A DNA stretch of 64,000 nt from Octopus sinensis (Eukaryota): assembly GCF_006345805.1 (NCBI RefSeq), contig NC_042997.1:194990001-195054000 (forward strand), in the 5' to 3' direction. Positions 1 through 11,861 of the stretch are shown here, one piece after another. The position numbers and the translations under genes are program-made. The notes under the pieces were generated by a model. It made no database searches. It was given only the letters and a program-made list of their open reading frames with translations, and was not told the DNA's origin. The first letter of the stretch is position 1, and each line of letters begins with the position of its first letter.

Positions 1-309
1 CTTATGAACTCTTAGATGGCTTGCTTACACACACCCTCCTCCTCCTCATCATCATTTAATGTCCGTTTAATGTCCAATGCTGGTGTCATGTAAAAAGCAC
101 TCAGTACAACAGACAAGTGGAACCTGGTGCAGCTTGCCAACTCCTTTCAAGCTGACCAATTAATGCCAGCAGACATTTAAAGAGTCTCTTTGAGTGGCTC
201 TTTGTTTAGAGGTAAAACTAAAAGCTGATAAATTTTACTTTCATTGTTTTCCCTAAATTTAATGTTAATTTTCATAGAATCGACAAACAATGGTGAAAGA
301 ACTACTCAC

Positions 310-445
310 AGGAAGAGATTCAGCCTTCGCAAAGCTAATAGCAGTGCTTGTTGTATGGCAACGGGCATCCTTGTAGGACATCCAATGACTATTTATTCCC
401 TGTGTCAAAAACAGAACAGGATACTTGTTCTGTTTTAAATGTAAC
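310..445 (-). CDS. GPCPD1: GPCPD1 coding exon 15
   Basis: taacag| (M)LHLKQNKYPVLFLTQGINSHWMSYKDARCHTTSTAISFAKAESLP |gtgagt; 136 nt. Confidence 0.95.
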
Positions 446-3400
446 CTGTTAAAAATAGAAATAGAAATAATTAACTGATTGTATACAGAGCTCGGGTGCA
501 CTACAACTCATTGGAAAAAGTAGCCAAAAGTGCATGAACAGTACGCAGAATAAGCACAGGATGTGAACAGTAAATGAGTCATTAACGAAAAAGGTGAGGG
601 TGAAGTGGGGGTATCAGGTATACTGTTGGTGAATGTTAGGTGGCGAGCTGGCAGAAACGTTAGCACGCCAGGCGAAATGCTTAGCGGTATTTCATCTGCC
701 GTTACGTTCTGAGTTCAAATTCCGCCGAGGTCGACTTTGCCTTTCATCCTTTCGGGGTCGATAAATTAAGGACCAGTTACGTACTGGGGTCGATATAATC
801 GACTTAATCTGTTTGTCTGTGCTTGTTTGTCCTCTCTGTGTTTAACCCCTTGTGAGTAGTAAAGAAATAGGTATACTGTTGGTGAATGTCAGGAAATATG
901 GAAGTTTTGAAGGATGTAGTGTCTCGGCAACTAACAACTTTGAGTGCGAGAAAATGTTTCCAAAAGTCATGGGTGCTGTGTTGTTCTTTGATTTTGTAAG
1001 CATGTCCACAAGTGTTAAATATAAGGAATTCAAAAGTGCCCAAAGTTGTTGTTGTTGGAAAGATGGTGGATAATCTTGTGGGTGCCTACCAAGTCAGTTG
1101 CTAGATGTTGGAGCTTTAATGTGTCAAATTCCCAGGGAACCGAGATCTTCAGAGTATGGTAGATGCCTGACAGTGGGTACTCATTTGGCTGCATGTTTCT
1201 GAATAGTTTCCAGGAGATTGATATGCTGAGCAAGCTAGGGGTTCCAGACTGGTGATGAAACAATGAAAATCAAAACCTCAAAACGATTGTTGTGGTAGTT
1301 TGGCCTCCAGGTTTCACTGAGAGACATTCCAGTCATGACTATCCCACATTTATTGCAGTGTATCAAGGATCACATTATTCCCTTCTTCATCAAGATGCTA
1401 AGGCCTGACTTGACATAGATTTGGCTACTGTTTCTAGCAGGTTGTAAAAGCGCTTTTTGGGCTCTGAAAGTTTCTAAAAGAGATATACATGAGTCAGTAA
1501 GAGAGCCTCTACACAGCCACTCAGCTTGCTAAAAGTAGCAACAAAATTTCTCTCTCAAATCACACCCTGGTGTCTAAAAAAAGATAAAAAAAGGGGGTAT
1601 ATAAAATAATATTGTCCTAGATATGGTATGTGTATAACAGTCAGGATGGTCACGGGAACATTTTTGATCAAAGTTCAGGTGGATCAAGTCTATCTTAAGG
1701 GTTAAATAACAACCATAGGTGAAGTACAAAACATCAAATTATTATCATAGAAACCAAATGAATGAGCAGATGGAGGAGAATAGCAACAACTACCTTTAAC
1801 ATGAAAAACAGAGTGGCTGTGTGGTAAGTAGCTTGCTAACCAACCACATGGTTCCGGGTTCAGTCCCACTGCGTGGCACCTTGGGCAAGTGTCTTCTGCT
1901 ATAGCCTCGGGCTGACCAATGCCTTGTGAGTGGATTTGGTAGACGGAAACTGAAAGAAGCCCGTCGTATATATGTATATGTATATATATGTATGTGTGTG
2001 TGTGTTTGTGTGTCTGTGTTTGTCCCCCTAGCATTGCTTGACAACCGATGCTGGTGTGTTTATGTCCCCGTCACTTAGCGGTTCGGCAAAAAGAGACCGA
2101 TAGAATAAGTACTGGGCTTACAAAGAATAAGTCCCGGGGTCGAGTTGCTCGACTAAAGGCGGTGCTCCAGCATGGCCACAGTCAAATGACTGAAACAAGT
2201 AAAAGAGTAAAAGACAGAGAGAGTAAAGCAGGTACTGATATACTTTTAACGTCGTGAGTAAAGACATTTTCAAACTAAATCCCTACTGAATACTGTTAAT
2301 TTATTTTCATTAACTTAAACTCCAGGGTTGTCTCCCTTGACCAGCATTGATTATAGAGCAGATAAATTCTTTTCTTCTCATTACGCAAATCTCAATAATA
2401 ATAATGTTTTCTACTCTAGGCACGAGGCCCGAAATTTTTGGGGAGGAGGCCAGTCGATTAGATCGACTCCAGTACGCAACTGGTACTTAATTTATCGACC
2501 CCGAAAGAATGAAAGGCAAAGTTGAACTCGGAGGAATTTGAACTCAGAATGTAAAGACAGACGAAATACTTATTTCTTTATTACCCACAAGGGGTTAAAC
2601 ACAGAGGGGACAAACAAGGACAGACAGATGGATTAAGTCGATTATATCGATCCCAGTGCGTAACTGGTACTTAATTTATCGACCCCGAAAGGATGAAAGG
2701 CAAAGTCAACCTCGGCGGAATTTGAACTCAGAACGTAACGGCAGACGAAATACCACCGCTAAGCATTTCGCCCAGCGTGCTAACGTTTCTGCCGCTGCTG
2801 CCGCCACCACCACCACCACCACCAGCAATAATAATAATAATTAATTCTTTTTATCGGCCACAGGGGCAGCAATAATAATAATAATAATAATAATAAGGCG
2901 ATGCATTGTGTTCTCGAGCAAAACACTTCTTTTCACGTTGGTCCAGTCCACTCAGCTGGCAAAAATGAGTAACGCTGCGATGGACTGGCGTCCTGTCCAG
3001 CTGGGGAAACACATACGCCATAGAAACCGGGAAACTGGGCCCATGAACCTGGCTAGGCTTTAAAAGGGTGCATTTATTTATTTTTATATTACACTGTTGT
3101 TTAACCACCTGAACCTCTCACTACCCAGCCCTCATCTGGCAGATCTGTGATCAAAAGATGCTGCAGTTATGACTTTCCTCTTTTTTTCTTTTATCAAGTA
3201 TAATATACCTAGGGCTGCATCATCAAATATGCTCATTTTCTAAAGACAGTAAAAGTGTTATTTGTATCCTTTATTACTCAGTCAAATGTGATGCGTATTT
3301 ATTCACATAGTTTTCAGTTAATCATGCAATATCTTGTAACCTTTCTTGTAAGATATCTTGTAAGATTTTGTAAGATATCTTGTAAGATTGTTTATAGATA

Positions 3401-4483
3401 TCTTGTAAGATTTTGATGCTATGTCTAGTTATTTAGAATGGCATTATAGAATAGGTGTGAAAGGTTGGATCTAACTAGTTTGAAAATAAAGCAGATAGAC
3501 TATTTTGGCCAGCTAAGGCTGGTTTAAATGCTTAAGGGTTGAGGGAGAATTGGCTGCTATGTCTACCCTACCAGTATACTATCTCAAGGAATTATAACTC
3601 ATTAAATAGTATATGGTGAATCTAAACATACATTTTTCTACAGAGGTAATAAAAAAAGACAGCTGTACTTACATACAACATAAATCTGGTTCAAATGTTG
3701 AGAAAATAATTTTTCGCTTTCCTGAATGCTTAAATATTTTAGCCAATATAATATCCAGAAAAAAGTTGGCATCAAAGATGTCCTCGCTTTCCATTGTGCC
3801 ATCCTAAAAAAAAAAGGAAAGAAAAATATTACTATATATATATAATAATATAAATATATGCATATATACATACATATATGTATTATGATATGTAAAAAAA
3901 AAAAAAAAAAAATTAACAAACTGGGTCAAGAACGCATAACACTTAGAAGACGATACAACAAACACAGACAGGACATTCGAAGCCCTCAGTCTTCAATGTA
4001 CATACATATGTATATATATATACATGCATATATGGGTACAGGACATCAAAAAAACGTTGAGCTATTTCTGTTTTTGTGTTTTCGTTTTTCACTGTGTTCA
4101 ACGTTTTTTTTTTGATGTCCTGTACCCATATATGCATGTATATATATATACATATGTATATAGGTATGTACATATATGTATGTGTATATGCATATATTTA
4201 TATTATTATATGATCGAATGCCACATATCCTTTTCCAAGTAAGTTTTATCTATATATATATATATAGAACACCATGATAGATCGTTAGCTCCTACACACA
4301 TTTTTTTTCTCTCCTCTTTTTTTTCTCTCCTTGTTTTTTTTTCTCTGTATCTTTCTGTCGAAGAGCGTAGGCTCGAAACGTAAAAGACTTGTTCTATTTC
4401 TATTCCTGAGCGCCATACTAATACGTTTGTTTGTTTGTACTCCACCTGCCTTTGTCATTTGTTTATTTTCATAAACCTTCCCG

Positions 4484-4544
<61 letters not shown>

Positions 4545-7500
4545 CATGGATAGGTAGAAGGGTTTTCATGTTTTGTAAGCAATGGTATCACACACACTGG
4601 GTTTGCAAAGCAAAAAATGCACAAAGGTCATCAAATTGTTGATGCAGAAATTTAAAATTCTGAACATAAGTTTCTATAGCTGTATCACTTAAAAATATAG
4701 TTCTCTATTTCCAATGATGTTGAGGTCTATCTCTTTTAAGGCCAGCAATTTTGAGTGGTGGGGCTAGTTGATTTGATCAACACATAGTGCCCAGCTGGTA
4801 TTTATTTTATTGATTTTGGTATTTATTTTATTTATGTCCCTGTAACTTAGTGGTTCAGCAAAATATCAATAAAATAAATACCAGGCTTTAAAGTGAACAT
4901 AAGTACAGGGGTCGATTTGTTCAACTAAAACCCTTGGTTTTGGTGGGTGCATCAGTGTGGTCACAGTCCAATGACTAAAACTCGTATAAAACAAATAAAT
5001 GAAAGATAAAATTAAAACTTACAATACATTCTAAAGGGTATTTAATTTCTACATTGAATCCAATTTCTTCAGGAACTTCTTCAAGACATTTCTCAAGGGT
5101 AGGAAATGGTTGGTCAGGGTTACCATCTGTTTCGGTAATTGGCACTACAAAAAGAAGAGTTATCAATGAACAACAAAACAACAAAAATAATTCTTTCTAC
5201 TATAAGCATGGGGCCTGGAATTTTGGAGAAAGGGACGAGTTGATTATATAAACCCCAGTGCTGAACGGATACTTATTTAATTGAACTCACAAGGATGAAA
5301 GGCAAAGTTGACCACGGTGGAATTTGAACCCAGAATTTAAAGCTGGATGAAATGTCACTAAACATTTTGTCCGGTGTGCTAACGATTCTGCCAGCTTGCT
5401 ACCTTTTAACCCTTTCGTTACTTTATTTATTTTGAGATGCTCTGTGTTTCTTTCAATTACTTTAAATATAACAAAGAATTTAGTAAAATAACTTAGTTAT
5501 CATTAAGCTAGTGATAGGAACATAAATTGTGACTAAGGTTTAGTTGAAGATTTTAATTCAAAACTTATGAAAACAAGAAATTTGTACTCAGAGCCAGGGA
5601 CGGTTTCAGCCGGGTTGGTAATGAAAGGGTTAATGGTTGCAAAGTTTGACATCATCATCATCGTTTAACGTCCGCTTTCCATGCTAGCATGGGTTGGATG
5701 ATTGACTGAGGTCTGGCGAACCAGATAGCTGCACCAGGCTTCAGTCTCGATCTGGCAGAGTTTCTACAGCTGGATGCCCTGCCTAATGCCAACCACTCCG
5801 AGAGTGTAGTCGGTGCTTTTTATGTGCCACCAGCATGGGGCCAGTCAGGCGGTGCTGGCAACGACCCCACTCAAATCTTTTACACATGCCACCGGCACAG
5901 GTGCCAGTAAGGCGATGCTGGTAACGATCACGCTCGAATGGTGTCTTTTATGTGCCACCAGCATGGAGGCCAGATAGCCACTCTGCCAACGATCATGCTC
6001 GGATGGTGCTCTTAACACCCTACTAGCACGGGGCTCGAGTGCCAGTAGGGCGACGCTGGTAACGATCACACTCAAATGGTGCCTTTTATGAAGTTATCAT
6101 ATATTATCCCATACCCTGTCTTGTAGCTTTGAAATTTCAATGATGTGGCCTTTTATTTTGAACTAGCAGTATCGCCCGGCATTGCTCGGGTTTGTAAGGG
6201 AAATAACTATATAAGCATTTTTAGAGATGTAAAGTATAATAGACATCTCAATATGGCTAACCACAAAGGGGGGTGTTACTGTAGTTTTTACGTTCTGAGA
6301 TTTAATAAATTTTTAGAGAGTTACTTCCCTTATATATGCCAAAAATGCATTAAAAATGGGAAAAATTGATGGTAAATTTTTTTTAAAATCGTAGACTCAT
6401 TGTAGACGCACGCTAATACCCAGAAGGGCTCAATATGAATCACGACTATAAGATACCCGGTTTTGGTTACACTGCACCGCAAAATGTGGGAGTAGTTAGG
6501 AATCTAAATTGTAGGAGACAGACAGCACACAACCTCACTTTTATATATAAAGATAACATTGTAGGTGAATGCGATAGGCCACATCTGACTGGTTTGAACA
6601 TAAAACAGAATATTTGGGCTGTTTTAAATGCAAAGGTGTCAGGTACTACTCCTTCTTCCCTAAATACCTACACGTTAAAAAGCATAAATAACCAGAATTT
6701 CATTAAAATTAATTTAGGAGAGGTTCTAGAAGAGTTTTCCCGGATTCAGAATTTTATATTAAAAATAATTCATCCCGACAGTATCATTTGGGTGCTAAAA
6801 CACTTTATTTTTACAAATCCTAATCTTATTTTATATGCGACACATTCCAATAAAGACCAAATCAGAAATGGATAATGTTCTAGTGGAAGGGACAAACTTA
6901 TAGTAGTTGGGACCTTAATGAGGAATAAATAGAAGGATGACAGGAAAATACTGAATCCAAATATGAAAGATAAACTTTCAAAGCAGCTAATCAATCACCC
7001 CCCCCCCACACTCACTCACTCACACACATACACTCACTTACACACACTCACTCACACATACACTCACTCACACATACACTCACTCACACATACACTCACT
7101 CACACACATACACTCACTCACACACATACACTCACTCACACACATACACTCACTCACACATACACTCACTCACACACATACACTCATACACATACACTCG
7201 CTCACACACACTCACTCGCTCACACACACTCACTCGCTCACACACACTCACTCGCTCACACACACTCACACACATACACTCGCTCACACACATACACTCG
7301 CTCACACACACTCACTCGCTCACACACACTCACTCGCTCACACACACTCACTCGCTCACACACACTCACACACATACACTCGCTCACACACATACACTCG
7401 CTCACACACACTCACTCGCTCACACACACTCACACACATACACTCGCTCACACACATACACTCGCTCACACACATACACTCGCTCACACACACTCACTCG

Positions 7501-10500
7501 CTCACACACACTCACTCGCTCACACACACTCACTCGCTCACACACACTCACTCGCTCACACACACTCACTCGCTCACACACACTCACTCGCTCACTCACA
7601 TACACTCACTCACATACACTCACACACATACACTCACACACATACACTCACACACATACATACACTCACATACACTCACACACATACACTCACACACATA
7701 CACTCACTAACTCACTCACTCACTCACATACACACACGATCTTATAAAAACACATGCTCTGAAGTGAAGAGTAAACCAGAACTTACTCCAATAATCAGGT
7801 TCTTTCAAACGGTAGAACAGCTGAAAAGCAAAATTAGAAAAGTATATTAATTTCAATATTGAATCAATGGAATATATTCTGATTTTTTGTGAATAGATTA
7901 TTAATAGATGACTTGTAGAACCATGTGTAATTTGAATGTAAAAACATTGATAAGTGACTGAGTGAAATGTATGTAGGTTACTCAGGGCTGGATTAAGACC
8001 CATAGAGGCCCTAAGATTTTGGTGGCCCCACCATAATCATTGTCATCGTTTAACGTCCATTTTCCATGCTAGCATGGGTTGGACGGTTCGACAGGGGTCT
8101 GGGAAGCCAGGAGGCTGCACCAGGCTCCAGTCTGATCTGGCAGTGTTTCTACAGCTGGATGCCCTTCCTAATGCCAACCACTCCGTGAGTGTAGTGGGTG
8201 CTTTTACGTGCCATCGGCACGAGGGCCAGTCTGGCGGTACTGGCAACGGCCACGCTCAAATGGTGTTTTTTACGTGCCACCTGCACAGGAGTCAGTCCAG
8301 CAGCAATGTTTTGTTCACGTGCCACTGGCACAAGTGCTAGTAAGGCGACGCTGGTAACGATCACACACGAATGGTGCTTTTTACGTGCCACCGGCACGGA
8401 AGCCAGACAGGTGCTCTGGCAATGATGAGGTAATATATTCATAAGTTTGCAATAATTAAATTAAGGAAAAATTAATTTCTGTATTCCATACATTTTAACT
8501 AACCCTTTACTATAGAAATCAAAATATATCAACTCAAAATTTCATTTCCTTGTGCAGAAAGCAAGTTATCTTTTGTTGAGGAATGTTATGCTTGAAGCTA
8601 TTTTGTGTTGAGATATCTCAAGCTTATGGAGGACATAAGACTTGCAGAAATAAAAACAATTCTATTTTTTTGGTAAATATTTAACAGTATTGCTGGAATA
8701 ACTATGAAATTTAATTTTGCAGTTAGAGAGTTAAGAAAAAATACTCACCTTTAACGACTGTAATTGCTTTAATGTAAGATTTTTGATTAACATCTTTGTA
8801 TGGTTGTCAAACAAAGTCATTGGCTCTTTCTGGAAATGAAATAAAATAAAGATGATATATTGATGAAGTTTAAAATGGTTGGATATTAGTTTGTGCAGAT
8901 ATCTATGGAAAAAGAAAAGCGTTATTATAATCATCATCTTCATGATTATTGTTTTAATGTCCACTTTTCCATGCTCGTGTAGGTCACTCAGAATTTGTTG
9001 AGGTAAATTTTCTATGACCAGAAGTCCTTCCTGTTGCCAACTTTCACCTGTTTCCAAATAAGGTAATATTTCCCCATATCCAAACATGTTTTCACAAGAA
9101 TATATATATATAAACTAGCAGTATCGCCCGGCGTTGCTCGGGTTTGTAAGGGAAATAACTATATAAGCATTTTTAGAGAGTTACTTCCCTTATAGATGCC
9201 AATTCGGGCTTTCTTAGCCATTTCTGTTTTGGTGTCTTCAAGCCATGAAGTCGTTGTTCTAAAAGAACGCTGGTCTCCTTGACAACGCTTTACGACGTTG
9301 ATTTCCTTACACTCCCTTCCCTACAGCTTCATGAGGGAGGGAAGAAGGGGGAGAAGCAAACAGGTACAGGTGTGACCATGGACGCCAACTCCGCCACCAT
9401 CGACACACGAAAAATTATGCATTAAAATGGAATAAAAAATGATGTTAAATTATTTTAAAAATCGTAGACTCATCGTAGACGCGCGCTAATACTCAGACGG
9501 GCTCAATATGAATCAGACTATAAGATACCCGAATTTGGTTAAACTGCACCGCAAAATGTGGGAGTAGTTAGGAATCTAAATCGAAGGGGACAGACACTCA
9601 CACAACTACAGTTTTATATATATAAATATATTTGGAACTCCATATTTCACAACATAGCAAAGACATGACACGATATAGGTAAAGAAATTTGAGAAATTTG
9701 AAAAGAAAATACGAAACCGGTTATGTCTCCAAAAACTATGTTACTATATGCAAAATTTTATAACATTTTTCTAACATAACGATTTAAATATATTCTTTAA
9801 CCATATAACACAAGCCTTCTGTAGTTTTTTTCACTCTTTTTTTGTTTTTTATACATCCAACCACGTGCTTTCACATACCAACTATCTCACCTATATATAT
9901 ATATATATATATTTGTAAAAAATGAAGTTCGAAAATGCTGCTATATTATACAATTTTTAATTTTTATATATACATTATAACATATATATACTCTTATATA
10001 TACATTATAACATATATATACTCTTTACTCTTTTACTCTTTTACTTGTTTCAGTCATTTGACTGCAGCCATGCTGGAGCACCGCCTTTAGTCGAGCAAAT
10101 CGACCCCGGGACTTATTCTTTGTAAGCCCAGTACTTATTCTATCGGCCTCTTTTGCCGAACCGCTAAGTGACGGGGACGTAAACACACCAGCATCGGTTG
10201 TCAAGCAATGCTAGAGGGACAAACACAGACACACATACATATACACACACATACATATATATATACATATATACGACAGGCTTCTTTTTTAGTTTCCGTC
10301 TACCAAATCCACTCACAAGGCTTTGGTCGGCCCGAGGCTATAGCAGAAGACACTTGCCCAAGATGCCACGCAGTGGGACTATATATATTATATCATTAAT
10401 ATATATATATATTAATATATATATAAATATATATATATATCATTTAATGTCTGCCTTCCATGCTGGCATGGGTTGGACAGTTTGATAGGAGCTGGAAAGG

Positions 10501-11830
10501 CAGAAAACTGCACTGTACTTCTGTGTTTGCTTCAGCACAGTTTTCACAGCTGGCTGGATGCCTTTCCTAACTTCATGTATAAATGTATGAATGTGTGTGT
10601 GTGTGCCCTTAGAGTTTACTATCCCACTTGGCAACTGATATTGGTATATCCATGTCCCCATAAATATACCAACACCACATTATAAAGGGCATCCAGCCAT
10701 AGAAACCATGCCAAAGCAGAAGGGGAGCTATGTGCAGCCCTGTCAAACCAGCTCCTCTCAAACCATCCAGCTCATGCCAGCAAGGAAAGTGGATGTTAAA
10801 TGGAGATGTGACTTAGTGGATCAGCAAAAGGTACTGACAGAATAACAATCAGATTTTTAAAAAAAGTAGGTTGATTTATTTCACTGAAACCTTCAAGGTG
10901 GTGCCCCAGCATGGCCACAGTCTGATGACTGAAACACGTAAAATGTTAAAACATTATACATATTCTTTTCTTTTTTACTCTAGGCACAAGGCCCAAAATT
11001 TTGGGGGAGGGGACCAGTTGATTATATCAACCCCAGTGTGCAACTGGTACTTAATTTATCAACCCCGAAAGGATGAAAGGCAAAGTTGACCTCGGCGGAA
11101 TTTGAACTCAGAACATAAAGACAGGCAAAATACCCATTTCTTTACTACCCACAAGGGACTAAACACAGAGGGGACAAACAAGGACAGACAAGCAGATTAA
11201 GTCTATTATATCGACCCCAGTGCGTAACTGGTACTTAATTTATCGATCCCGAAAGGATGAAAGGCAAAGTCGACCTTGGCGGAATTTGAACTCTGAATGT
11301 AACGGCAGACGAAATACCGCTAAGCATTTCGCCCGGTGTGCTAACATTTTTGCCAGCTCACCGCCTTTAAAATGTTATAAACATTGTGAATGTTTAGAGT
11401 TGTTAGTTTTTACATCTATTTTTCTATACTAGCATCCATCAGATATTTGTACAAAAGTTGTTGCAGTTGTTTTAAGCTGTATTGAAGTTTTAAAACGAAA
11501 CCTTACCTGTTCCATAGCAATATCAATATAAAAGTCATGGTAAATCACAGGTACATGATCTTTTGTTAGGTGTACATCCATTTCAACAAAATCAGCACCC
11601 TAGTCAAGAGAGATGGAAAAATTAAAAATTGATAATTCGCAAAAGAATACATTGCAGATTACAAAGAAGTACATATTAGATTCATGCGGCGTAGCCTGGT
11701 GACTATTTAGTGTAAGGGAGATAATCTTTTCTAGGTAATATTTGGGGGGATTAGATGTTAGAATTTTAAATTAAGAAACAAGAAAGACGATGTATAGAAT
11801 AAACACATACACACACATACATATATAAAA

Positions 11831-11861
<31 letters not shown>

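Noticed and set aside
6963-7850. 295-aa His/Thr-rich ORF
   Set aside because: It is the translation of a CA-rich minisatellite and overlaps real exon 12 on the opposite strand.
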